Shown piece by piece: positions 29,850-39,176 of a stretch of DNA of 56,886 nucleotides. Under the pieces are notes generated by a model. The model was not told the origin of the DNA. It searched no databases and worked only from the letters and a program-made list of their open reading frames with translations. The translations under genes and the position numbers were made by a program. Source of the DNA: an uncultured Clostridia bacterium (GTDB lineage: Bacteria > Bacillota > Clostridia > Oscillospirales > CAG-272); the NCBI GenBank assembly GCA_944384525.1, contig CALWTR010000044.1, positions 1 through 56,886 on the forward strand, in the 5' to 3' direction. The stretch's first letter is position 1. The number at the start of each line of letters is the position of its first letter.

Positions 29850-30809
29850 ATGGATTCTTGTTCGCTTAAAAAAGAAACACACAGCCCTTTGGAGAGCGCT
29901 GTGGCCGTCAGACCGTCCGCCTCCGATGTGTATGACGAGGGTATAGTTACAGACGACAGGATGCTCTCCGATATGCAGTATCTTGAAATGCGAGCCGATG
30001 CAGGACCGTGTACCGGAGCGCATTACCACAGCTATATAGAGATGCTGTACGGCATCGAGGGAGAGGTACAGATATGGATAGGAGATGGACTGTATACCTT
30101 TTCTTCCGGTGACCTTGTTATAATCGGTGCGAATGAAGTTCACTCTCTTGCCTGTATAACGGGGTCGTGCAGATATCATGTGTTGAAATTCCTGCCGGAA
30201 ACGATACTGGCGGAGAAGGGAAGCATTACTTGCTTTAAATATCTTTTGCCTTTTGTAAAGAGCTCATCAGTGAGGCCGAGGGTGGTCGCCGCGGAGGAAC
30301 TGGGGGATTGGGACGTGCCCGGGATATTTTCCAGGATACGCAGGGAGTATACGGACAGAGCGTTCGGGTATGAGCTTGCTATGCGCGCGGAGATAATAGG
30401 GCTTTTTATAGGCGTTCTGCGTATCTGGGAGCAAAACGGGGGAAGGGAGATATTTCCGGAGGAGAGCGCGCCGTCGCTTTTGTCTGCCGTACAGCGTGCG
30501 ATGACTGCGCCGGACGGAGCGTTGCTTGAATCGGATGCTCAAGCTGCCGCCAAAGCGTCCGGACTGTCATACAGCTATTTCAGCCGCTCATTCAAAAAAA
30601 TAACCGGAATGTCGTATTCCGGTTATATAGAGATGGTCAAAATACGGGAGAGCGAAAAACTTCTGATAACCACCGATATGTCGGTGACCGAGGTCGCGGC
30701 GGCAACAGGATTTTCTACGACGAGTTATTTTATAGTCCGTTTTAAGGCACACCACTCTGTCTCTCCTCGCGAATTTAGGTCGAGGTATAAGAAATCGTTC
30801 AGCGTTTAG
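29850..30809 (+). CDS. AraC family transcriptional regulator (cupin + HTH)
   Basis: AHYHSYIEMLY cupin; LSYSYFSRSFKK, SVTEVAAATGFSTTSYF, SPREFR. Confidence 0.93.
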   Translation: MDSCSLKKETHSPLESAVAVRPSASDVYDEGIVTDDRMLSDMQYLEMRADAGPCTGAHYHSYIEMLYGIEGEVQIWIGDGLYTFSSGDLVIIGANEVHSLACITGSCRYHVLKFLPETILAEKGSITCFKYLLPFVKSSSVRPRVVAAEELGDWDVPGIFSRIRREYTDRAFGYELAMRAEIIGLFIGVLRIWEQNGGREIFPEESAPSLLSAVQRAMTAPDGALLESDAQAAAKASGLSYSYFSRSFKKITGMSYSGYIEMVKIRESEKLLITTDMSVTEVAAATGFSTTSYFIVRFKAHHSVSPREFRSRYKKSFSV

Positions 30810-30822
30810 TGCCGGGACTTTC

Positions 30823-31338
30823 TCAGAATCGCGGCATATCCTTTGCGGAAATATCCGGATTAAAATGCGACATCATGCGGATGAGGTTCCGGGTTGCATC
30901 AAACAACACGCAAACTCCGTCGCATTTGATATAGAACCCGTCCGGCGAGGTTGGGGAGGAGCGCAGGTCGAGCAACTTGCCTCCGTTTGTGCCGCAGTCA
31001 CTTTCGGACGCTCTTCCGATTGTAGATCGGCGCACGTCGAACTCGGCGAGGACCCGTGGCTGCCTGCGATCATATTTTACGGAAAAGGTCAGCGTTCCGG
31101 CGCGGAACGAGTAAATATATTCCGGGTTAGTGTATCTCCACAGCAGCATATGAGCTATCAGCAGCAAAAACGGTGTCAGAGCAAATACGGGTATGAAAGC
31201 TATGCGGTATAGGATGGCAAAAAACACAACTGAAAAAGTTACGTATCCGAGTATTATGGCCGCCTTCATACGTTTGAGCTTAGGGTCTTTTCTGCGGTCT
31301 ACCGAATATTCCGCCGTGTAGGGGACGTTGTCTTCCAT
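30823..31338 (-). CDS. Hypothetical 2-TM membrane protein (DUF6106-like)
   Basis: AAGGAG RBS before MEDNV; two TM helices followed by PEYIYSFRAGTLTF. Confidence 0.7.
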   Translation of the reverse strand: MEDNVPYTAEYSVDRRKDPKLKRMKAAIILGYVTFSVVFFAILYRIAFIPVFALTPFLLLIAHMLLWRYTNPEYIYSFRAGTLTFSVKYDRRQPRVLAEFDVRRSTIGRASESDCGTNGGKLLDLRSSPTSPDGFYIKCDGVCVLFDATRNLIRMMSHFNPDISAKDMPRF

Positions 31339-31397
31339 ATCTGCTCCTTCCGCTGTGCCGAGCGCCGCAGTTGCGCGCTCCGGTTCCGCCTTATCTA

Positions 31398-31426
31398 TTG
31401 AATAATGTGGAAAAAAGTTGTATAAT
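31398..31426 (+). promoter_or_regulatory. sigma-A promoter for the U32-maf-nth-rnmV run
   Basis: TTGAAT-N17-TATAAT. Confidence 0.7.
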
Positions 31427-31466
31427 AAAAGAAATGCGAACATTTTTTAATATCAGGTCTGTGAAG

Positions 31467-31496
31467 ATTATACATCACAGATACAAATAATGTCAA
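31467..31496 (-). promoter_or_regulatory. sigma-A promoter for the 2-TM protein
   Basis: Minus strand TTGACA-N18-TATAAT. Confidence 0.65.
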
Positions 31497-31506
31497 GAGG
31501 GAACAG

Positions 31507-33567
31507 ATGCGTAGATCGGATGAGGCAAAAAGACTGCCGGAGTTGCTCAGCCCTGCCGGTTCATATGAGGCTCTGACTGCTGCTGTGGACGCCGGAGCTG
31601 ATGCGGTTTACCTGGGGGCGAAGAGGTTTTCGGCAAGAGCCTACGCTCATAATTTCGATATGGAATCCATAGAGCGTGCCGTTCATTATTGCCGCACGTT
31701 CGGGGTTCGATGCTATATTGCTCTCAATACTCTCGTATATGAAAAGGAAATGCCGGAGCTGGTGGAGCTGGCGGCGGATATGTACCGCGTCGGGGCGGAC
31801 GCGCTGATAATGGCGGACGTCGGTGCTATACGCGCGGTAAGGCGGTATGTTCCCGATATGGCTGTACATGCTTCTACACAGCTGACCGTGCACTCGACCG
31901 GCGGATTGAAGGCGGCCGCGGCACTGGGAGTGAAAAGAGCGGTACTTGCCCGCGAGCTTTCACGCGAGGATATAATAGATTGTTGCCGCGCAGGTGTGTT
32001 CGAGACTGAAATGTTCGTCCACGGCGCGCTCTGCGTCTGCTATTCCGGACAGTGCCTTTTCTCCTCTATAGTCGGGGGCAGGAGCGGGAACCGCGGTGAG
32101 TGCGCACAGCCGTGCAGACTGCCGTATTCCGGCGGATATCCGCTGAGCCTGCGCGATCTGTCGCTCGCTTCGCATATACCGGAGCTTATCGACATCGGAG
32201 TAGACTCGCTGAAAATAGAGGGACGGATGAAGTCTCCGGAGTATGTCTATACTGTCACCGGGATATATCGCCGTCTCCTTGACGAGCGTAGAGCTGCTGA
32301 TTCGGAAGAATCGGAGCGTCTACGCGCCGCCTTTTCAAGAGGCGGATTTACAGACGGGTATTTCACGGGACGCAAATATCTTCCTATGACCGGGATAAGG
32401 AGTGAACGCGATAAGGAAGACAGCCGCGCTGCCGTGCCGTCTCGCGGACCGGAACGCAGGCGCAGAATAAACGCAGAGCTGACCGTAAGGGCGTCTGAGC
32501 CCGCTTCTCTGATTTTTTCTGACGGCCGCAGAAGCGTTACCGTATCCGGTGTGATCCCGGAGCCTGCTGTGAGCAGCCCGGTAGATGCGGCAGGAGCGTA
32601 TGCGCGCCTTTCAAAGCTGGGAGGTACCGGTTATATGCTCTCTGAGAGCGATTTCAAAGCCGATATCGCTCCGGGGTTGAATCTTTCCCCCGCCACCCTT
32701 AACGCGATGCGGCGGGCGGCGGTTGAAAAGCTCTGTGAGGTGCCGGAGGAGGTGCGTACATTCAGAGCGGAGAAATATGTCCGTCCGGATACTGCATACA
32801 GCAGTGCCAAGACGCCCTCGCTCAGAAGAACGGCACTTTTTCTTGACGGTGACAGCTATTTTGCATGTGAGCAGATGTGCCGCGGATTTTTTGATGCGGT
32901 ATTTATTCCGTTCAGATACTTCGACAGGATAAAGGACGGATTTACCGGGATATATGTTCCGCCGATAATGTTTGACCGCGAGGAGCCGGAGGTATCCGAG
33001 GCATTGTCTGCTGCGGCGAAAAACGGCGCGAAATACGCTCTTGTCGGAAATATCGGTCATATAAGCCTTGCGCTCCGTTGCGGACTCGTTCCGGTAGCGG
33101 ATTTCAGATCGAATATAACAAACCCGGAAACCGCGGAATATTACCGCGGCGCCGGTGCGCGTGGGCTCATCCTTTCCCCGGAGCTGACGCTTCCGCAGAT
33201 GCGTGATATAGGCGGGATACCGATAGTTTACGGAAGACTCCCGCTGATGCTGACAGAGCGCTGCTTTATAAAAGAGAATTTCGGATGCGCCGAATGCGGG
33301 AAGAGCTCGCTTACAGACCGGATAGGAAAACGTTTCCCGCTTTTTCGGGAATATCCGCACAGAAATCTTGTGCTTAACAGCGTTCCGGTATATATGGGAG
33401 ATAGGAAAGATGAGCTCGCCGCATACGGCATGCCGGATCGCGGACATTTCATTTTCTCGGTTGAAAGCGCGAAGGAATGTTCCAAAATAATAGATATGTT
33501 CATCCGCGGCGCAAAACCGGATCTTGAAGTGCGGAGAATACAGTCAAAAAAGCAAAAAGCAAACTAA
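31507..33567 (+). CDS. U32 family protein with DUF3656 (RlhA-like Fe-S RNA hydroxylase)
   Basis: ELLSPAG, HASTQ, EMFVHGALCVCYSGQC, SGNRGECAQPCR, LKIEGRMK. Confidence 0.92.
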   Translation: MRRSDEAKRLPELLSPAGSYEALTAAVDAGADAVYLGAKRFSARAYAHNFDMESIERAVHYCRTFGVRCYIALNTLVYEKEMPELVELAADMYRVGADALIMADVGAIRAVRRYVPDMAVHASTQLTVHSTGGLKAAAALGVKRAVLARELSREDIIDCCRAGVFETEMFVHGALCVCYSGQCLFSSIVGGRSGNRGECAQPCRLPYSGGYPLSLRDLSLASHIPELIDIGVDSLKIEGRMKSPEYVYTVTGIYRRLLDERRAADSEESERLRAAFSRGGFTDGYFTGRKYLPMTGIRSERDKEDSRAAVPSRGPERRRRINAELTVRASEPASLIFSDGRRSVTVSGVIPEPAVSSPVDAAGAYARLSKLGGTGYMLSESDFKADIAPGLNLSPATLNAMRRAAVEKLCEVPEEVRTFRAEKYVRPDTAYSSAKTPSLRRTALFLDGDSYFACEQMCRGFFDAVFIPFRYFDRIKDGFTGIYVPPIMFDREEPEVSEALSAAAKNGAKYALVGNIGHISLALRCGLVPVADFRSNITNPETAEYYRGAGARGLILSPELTLPQMRDIGGIPIVYGRLPLMLTERCFIKENFGCAECGKSSLTDRIGKRFPLFREYPHRNLVLNSVPVYMGDRKDELAAYGMPDRGHFIFSVESAKECSKIIDMFIRGAKPDLEVRRIQSKKQKAN

Positions 33568-33651
33568 TGTTGTCATAACAGCAATAAAGGCGATCCGCAG
33601 GCAAGGATCTGCTGATAATTGCCGCAGAGCGGCGGAGGTAATGGTCGGATA

Positions 33652-34242
33652 ATGGATAGGATCCCTGGTGGAATAAAAGTTGTGTTGGCGTCAAAGTCCC
33701 CACGCCGGCGGGAATACACGGCAAAGATATGCGATAATTTTTCGGTCATAACCGAGGATACGGACGAGACCCTGCCGGCGGATATACATCCGCGAGACGG
33801 CGTCAGAGTATTGGCGGAACGAAAAGGGGAGGCGGTAATTGCGGCTCATCCTTCGGACTGTGCAGATGCGCTCGTGATCGCGGCGGATACGCTTGTGGAG
33901 CTGAACGGAGAGCCGTTCGGCAAGCCGGCGGATATACAGGACGCGGTCAGGATGCTTTGCGCTCTGCGCGGAAGGACTCATAACGTCCATACCGGGATCG
34001 CGGTATTTTATCACGGACGCATGCTGTCCGCGACTGATTCCAGCGCAGTTATTTTCCGCCTCTGCTCCGACGAGGAGATATCCGAGTACGCCGAGAGCGG
34101 AGAGTGTATGGATAAGGCGGGAGCATACGGTATACAGGGACTCGGCGGCAGGTTGGTCGCGGGCCTTGACGGGGAGTTTGACACGGTCGTCGGTTTTCCG
34201 ACTAAAAAAGCTCTGGAGTTGATAGAGGAGATCCTGAAATGA
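33652..34242 (+). CDS. maf: Maf family nucleoside triphosphate pyrophosphatase
   Basis: LASKSPRRRE, IAADTLV, GKP, DKAGAYGIQG. Confidence 0.93.
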   Translation: MDRIPGGIKVVLASKSPRRREYTAKICDNFSVITEDTDETLPADIHPRDGVRVLAERKGEAVIAAHPSDCADALVIAADTLVELNGEPFGKPADIQDAVRMLCALRGRTHNVHTGIAVFYHGRMLSATDSSAVIFRLCSDEEISEYAESGECMDKAGAYGIQGLGGRLVAGLDGEFDTVVGFPTKKALELIEEILK

Positions 34243-34907
34243 GGAAAAGGGAGAAGGCGGAGAGACTGTCGAAGATAGTCTGCCTTATGAAGAAAATATA
34301 TCCTGACGCGGTCTGCGCGCTGAAATATGAGGGCGATCCTTGGCGGCTGCTCGTTATGGGACGGCTGTCGGCGCAGTGTACCGATGCGAGGGTAAATATA
34401 GTTTGCAAAGAGCTTTTCAAAAAATATCCGGACTGCGCCTCATTGGCGGCCGCCGATACGGCAGAGGTGGAGGAAATAATAAAACCCTGTGGTCTGTTCA
34501 GAACCAAGGCGAGGAATATAATAGACGCGTCGCGTATGCTTTCCTGTGAGTACGGCGGAAGGCTCCCGGACGACATGGATCGGCTACTCCGGCTCCCCGG
34601 CGTTGGCAGAAAGATAGCGAATCTGCTCCTCGGCGATATATACGGCAAGGAGGCAATAGTCGCGGATACGCATTGCATCAGGATATGCGGAAGATTCGGA
34701 ATGTATCCGGAGTCATTGAGAGATCCCTATAAGGTGGAGATGATCCTCAGAGATCTGATAGATCCGGCTGAGGGAAGTGATTTTTGCCATAGGATAGTTA
34801 TGTTCGGCAGGGATACCTGTACGGCGCGCAATCCTTCGTGCTCCTCATGCCCGGTGGCGGCGGAGGGACTGTGCCTGCATTTTGAAAAAAGCCGGCCAGC
34901 GAACTGA
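34239..34907 (+). CDS. nth: Endonuclease III
   Basis: LSAQCTD, HhH LPGVGRKIAN, DTH, Fe-S motif CTARNPSCSSCP...C. Confidence 0.95.
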   Translation: MRKREKAERLSKIVCLMKKIYPDAVCALKYEGDPWRLLVMGRLSAQCTDARVNIVCKELFKKYPDCASLAAADTAEVEEIIKPCGLFRTKARNIIDASRMLSCEYGGRLPDDMDRLLRLPGVGRKIANLLLGDIYGKEAIVADTHCIRICGRFGMYPESLRDPYKVEMILRDLIDPAEGSDFCHRIVMFGRDTCTARNPSCSSCPVAAEGLCLHFEKSRPAN

Positions 34908-34975
34908 TCGATATCTGCGCAAGCATTGTTTGAAAACAAATATTTACATATACGCTGAAAGAAAGGTGTGGCTGG

Positions 34976-35704
34976 ATGAACGGCGGCAAAGAGGAAAAAA
35001 TAAAAATAGACAGGCCGGTCATCGTTGAGGGCGTGTACGACAAATGTGCGCTGTCCTCGATAATAGACGCGACCGTAATAACTACCGGCGGTTTTTCCGT
35101 CTTCAATAATCGCGAAAAGCAGGCGCTTATCCGCGCGCTCGCAAAGGAAAAGGGAGTTATAATCCTTACGGATCCTGACGGTGGCGGAAAGCAGATACGC
35201 TCTTTTATAACCGGAATGCTCCCAAAGGAGCAGATAGTCCAGCTTTACATCCCGCGGATAGAGGGAAAAGAAAAAAGGAAAAAGACGCCGTCGCGCAGCG
35301 GGGTCATAGGAGTCGAGGGAACGGATGCGGATACATTGCGCAGGATCTTTGCGCCGTTTGCGGTATCAGCTAAAGCGAAGAGCGAGCCGGTCAAAAAATC
35401 GGATCTTTATTTCGACGGTCTGAGCGGAGGCGAGGGCTCTTCGGATAAGAGAAGAGAGCTAGCCGAGCACTTGGGACTTCCGGGAGACATGAGTGCGAAC
35501 GCGCTTTTGGACGCGATAAATTACCTCGGCGGGATGAGCCTGTACCGCGATGCTCTTTCTGAAATACGCTGTAATGAACAGACTGATGCGACTCCGGAGA
35601 GTTGTTCTTCCGCCGGCGCAGAGGCACGTCCTGAGCCACAGGAGCATACAACAGCGGAAAAAGCCACCGATATGTCAGCAAAAGCCGCTGATACGGGCAT
35701 TTAA
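34976..35704 (+). CDS. rnmV: Ribonuclease M5-like Toprim protein (DUF4093) with low-complexity tail
   Basis: IVEGVYD, LTDPDGGGKQIR, GVEG. Confidence 0.8.
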   Translation: MNGGKEEKIKIDRPVIVEGVYDKCALSSIIDATVITTGGFSVFNNREKQALIRALAKEKGVIILTDPDGGGKQIRSFITGMLPKEQIVQLYIPRIEGKEKRKKTPSRSGVIGVEGTDADTLRRIFAPFAVSAKAKSEPVKKSDLYFDGLSGGEGSSDKRRELAEHLGLPGDMSANALLDAINYLGGMSLYRDALSEIRCNEQTDATPESCSSAGAEARPEPQEHTTAEKATDMSAKAADTGI

Positions 35705-35969
35705 AACAGATACAGATAAAGAATAAAGAATAGAAGAGATAAAATTAAAAACATAAGAATAAAAACATAAAAATAAAAACATGGGGAATTTTAGCTAGAA
35801 TATATTTGTTTGCTGTATTATTTCCATACGTTAATAATTTATTTATATTTATATGGTATAATTTAAACGTTATTTTCAGATCAAGCGCGCCTCCGCGGCG
35901 GTTGCGGACCGCGCCGGTAAGTTCGGATATTTTTTGAAAGGGGGCTTTTTGCAAAGCCCGTTTGAATAT

Positions 35970-36935
35970 ATGGTAAAAGTTGAAAATCTTGTAAAGAGGT
36001 ACGGCTCGAATTACGCGCTGAACGACGTTTCTTTTGAGATAAACGAGGGTGAGATAGTCGGGCTTCTCGGACCGAACGGAGCGGGAAAAAGTACCGCGAT
36101 GAATATATTGACAGGTTATCTGTCCGCTACATCCGGCAGTGCTTATATCGATGGAATAAGCATGGTGGAAAAGCCGCTTGAGGCGAAAAAGCTGATCGGA
36201 TTTTTGCCGGAACAGCCGCCCGTTTATCCGGAGATGACGGTGTGGGAGTATCTCAACTTCGTCTATGAGCTCAAGGGATGCACCCTGCCGCGCAAGGAGC
36301 ATATTGAGGAAGTAATGGACGTTGTCAAGCTCGGCGACGTGCGGGACAAGCTCATATCTCATCTTTCAAAGGGATACAAGCAGAGGGTCGGTATAGCACA
36401 GGCGATCATGGGCGACCCGAAGGTCGTCGTTTTTGACGAGCCGACGGTAGGTCTCGATCCTAAACAGATACTGGAAGTAAGAAACTTGTTGAGGACTCTA
36501 GGAAAGCGGCACACCGTCATTTTGTCTACGCATATCCTCAGCGAGGTGCAGGCGGTATGCGAGCGTATAATCATAATAAACAAGGGCCGGATAATAGCCG
36601 ACGAGAAGACCGAGGAGCTCACCCGTGCGATAGAAGATACGTACAGGTATGAGGTCAGGATATCCGGACCGCAGAAGGATGTTCTCGCCGCGCTCAAGAA
36701 GGTCAACGGAGTGACGGGTGTAGAGCGCACGGACGGGCGCGACGCGGACGCACAGATATATATAGTCGATACGGCGAAGGGGATCGATATCAGAAAGCCG
36801 CTGTTTTACATGTGCGCTGAGCACGGGTGGCCGATACTCGGACTTTCTCCGTTCGGAACGGATCTTGAAAGTATTTTCGTAAGGCTGATAGACAGGTCTG
36901 ATATCCAGATGAGACCGGAGGGAGGAAACAAATAA
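35970..36935 (+). CDS. ABC-2 transporter ATP-binding protein (GldA-like)
   Basis: GPNGAGKST, LSKGYKQR, DEPTVGLDP; alternative TTG start at 35949 just after GAAAGGGGG. Confidence 0.95.
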   Translation: MVKVENLVKRYGSNYALNDVSFEINEGEIVGLLGPNGAGKSTAMNILTGYLSATSGSAYIDGISMVEKPLEAKKLIGFLPEQPPVYPEMTVWEYLNFVYELKGCTLPRKEHIEEVMDVVKLGDVRDKLISHLSKGYKQRVGIAQAIMGDPKVVVFDEPTVGLDPKQILEVRNLLRTLGKRHTVILSTHILSEVQAVCERIIIINKGRIIADEKTEELTRAIEDTYRYEVRISGPQKDVLAALKKVNGVTGVERTDGRDADAQIYIVDTAKGIDIRKPLFYMCAEHGWPILGLSPFGTDLESIFVRLIDRSDIQMRPEGGNK

Positions 36936-37642
36936 TGCTCGCCGTTTACAAGAAAGAGATGAGGTCGTATTTCACGACGCCGATCGGGTATGTTTTCGTC
37001 GCAATATTCCTGCTCGTCGGGGGAGCGATGTTCAGTTATACGACGCTGTATTCCATGACGTCGAATATGAGCGCATATTTTACTTATATGATGCTGATGC
37101 TCATAATACTTTTGCCGATATTGACCATGAAGTCATTTACAGAGGAGAAGAAGATGAGGACGGAGCAGCTCTTGCTGACTTCGCCTGTTCCGATAACATC
37201 GATCGTGCTCGGAAAATTTCTCGCCGCGTACACTATGTTTGCCGGCAGCTTCATATTCAATTCACTGTACTTCCTTATCCTTTACAGGTATGCTGAGGTC
37301 AAGACGGGACTGCTCATAGGCAATATATTGGCGATGCTCCTTCTGGGTATGAGCTTTATAGCGATAGGACTTTATATATCCGCGCTTACCGAGAACCAGC
37401 TCGCGGCGGCTATCGGAACTATCGCCGTGCTGCTCCTTCTCCTCGGTATAGGACTTATAAACATGCTTCTGCCGGACAAATACTGGCTGAGATACGTTAT
37501 AGACTGTATATCCGTATTTACGAGGTTCCAGACTTTTACAAACGGATATTTTGATTTTGCATCGCTTATTTATTACTTGTCTATAAGCGGCATATTCGTT
37601 TATCTTACGGTGCGCGTTTACGATAAGCGCAGATACAGCTGA
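36935..37642 (+). CDS. ABC-2 transporter permease (GldF-like)
   Basis: KEMRSYFTTPIGY, TMKSFTEEKKMRTEQLLLTSP, IVLGKF; TAATG coupling with the ATPase. Confidence 0.92.
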   Translation: MLAVYKKEMRSYFTTPIGYVFVAIFLLVGGAMFSYTTLYSMTSNMSAYFTYMMLMLIILLPILTMKSFTEEKKMRTEQLLLTSPVPITSIVLGKFLAAYTMFAGSFIFNSLYFLILYRYAEVKTGLLIGNILAMLLLGMSFIAIGLYISALTENQLAAAIGTIAVLLLLLGIGLINMLLPDKYWLRYVIDCISVFTRFQTFTNGYFDFASLIYYLSISGIFVYLTVRVYDKRRYS

Positions 37643-37656
37643 CACCGGAGGATAAA

Positions 37657-39171
37657 ATGAGCTTTTTTGATAAAATGAAAGCGAAGATAAGCCCGAGGCG
37701 GCTCGACGGCGCGGCCGTCACGGCACTGGTCATATGTCTCGCGGCGATATTGAATATAATATTTTATATGCTCGGTAATCGCTACGGGCTCTATCTCATG
37801 TCCGAGAAAAAGGATTACTACGATATATCGGAGAACTCTGCGGATCTCTTTACCGACGAGCTTGTAAAGGGCAAGACAGTGAAGGTGATCTTCTGCGACA
37901 CGGAGGACAACGTCAGCATGTCGGACACCGGATATCTCGTGCTGGATACGGTAAAGAAATATGCGGAGAAGTATGATTTTATAGAGTATGAATGCATAAA
38001 CATGCTCACAAATCCTCGCCTTGTCGAAAAATACAAGACGGATATGGACGGGAACGAGCAGGTGCTCAGAAAGACAACGGTCATATTTGAGTGCGGGGAT
38101 TATTATTTCACGATAACGGATGCGGTATCCTCGTCCGGCTACGGCGGATTTTACAATCTTGACGAGAACGGAGCGATATCCTCGTATAACGGCGATCTGA
38201 TAGTTGCGTCTATGGCGGCGTATGTGCTGACCGGAAGAAACCTGAACGGCGATCTGCCTGAGGGCGAGGAAATATATCATGCGGACGGCCATCTGAGCGT
38301 GTATTTCGTCACCGGGCACGGCGAGAGGGCGGACACCGCTCTCTATAACCTGCTTATCTGCGCAGGTTATCATGTGGGATATGTCAACACAAGATCCGAG
38401 GAGATACCGGAGGATGCGGCATTCCTTATAATATCGAACCCGATATACGATTTCGAAAAGGCGTCTTCCGGATCCGGAATAGTCACAGAGTCGGAGAAGA
38501 TAAAGAGATATGTCGCGGGCGGCGGAGATGTTTATATCTCGGTCGATCCGTATACCGACAGCCTGCCTGTGTTTGAAGAGTTGCTCGGATATTTCGGCAT
38601 GAAGATATCGCGGAACATCGTGTCCGACCGGACCAACGCGATAACTTCTGACGGTTTTACCTTCGTTGCGGAGACTTCCGACTCCGGCGTATCGGCTCAG
38701 CTCGGCGAGACGTTCCGGAAATATTCAAGCGGACGAGTGATAATGCGCGACTCTACTTCTATAGACTTCTGCGACAGCAGTTTTGCCACTGAGCCTTTGC
38801 TGCTCTCATCTCCCGATACACTTCTGAAGAGGGACGGAGAGACGGTAGGAGAGGGCTCTGCTGTGGTAGCGGCGCTCAGCAAGGCTGAGAGCGGCGGGAA
38901 CATCGTCCTTGTCGGAGGCTCTGGGGTCACTGCATACGACGCGATCTTCAGCACTCTGTACGCCAACAGGGATTTCATGTTTGCGGTATCCGAGATATTC
39001 GGCGCGGAGTATGCGCCGTACGGGATAACCGCCGCGAAATACGATGTCGAAACGCTTGAAAACCTCACGATGGGGACGGCGCGTGCGATAACGATCGTGC
39101 TTGTGCTGGTGATCCCGGCGCTGATCGGTACGGCGGGGATATATGTTTACGTTAGGAGAAAGAACAGGTAA
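37657..39171 (+). CDS. GldG-like ABC transporter auxiliary protein
   Basis: N- and C-terminal TM helices, VYFVTGHGE motif, ends VRRKNR. Confidence 0.8.
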   Translation: MSFFDKMKAKISPRRLDGAAVTALVICLAAILNIIFYMLGNRYGLYLMSEKKDYYDISENSADLFTDELVKGKTVKVIFCDTEDNVSMSDTGYLVLDTVKKYAEKYDFIEYECINMLTNPRLVEKYKTDMDGNEQVLRKTTVIFECGDYYFTITDAVSSSGYGGFYNLDENGAISSYNGDLIVASMAAYVLTGRNLNGDLPEGEEIYHADGHLSVYFVTGHGERADTALYNLLICAGYHVGYVNTRSEEIPEDAAFLIISNPIYDFEKASSGSGIVTESEKIKRYVAGGGDVYISVDPYTDSLPVFEELLGYFGMKISRNIVSDRTNAITSDGFTFVAETSDSGVSAQLGETFRKYSSGRVIMRDSTSIDFCDSSFATEPLLLSSPDTLLKRDGETVGEGSAVVAALSKAESGGNIVLVGGSGVTAYDAIFSTLYANRDFMFAVSEIFGAEYAPYGITAAKYDVETLENLTMGTARAITIVLVLVIPALIGTAGIYVYVRRKNR

Positions 39172-39176
39172 AATAT

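Noticed and set aside
35705-35782. A-rich short repeats (AAAAACATAA) as iterons or an array
   Set aside because: Low-complexity and irregular; no associated replication gene
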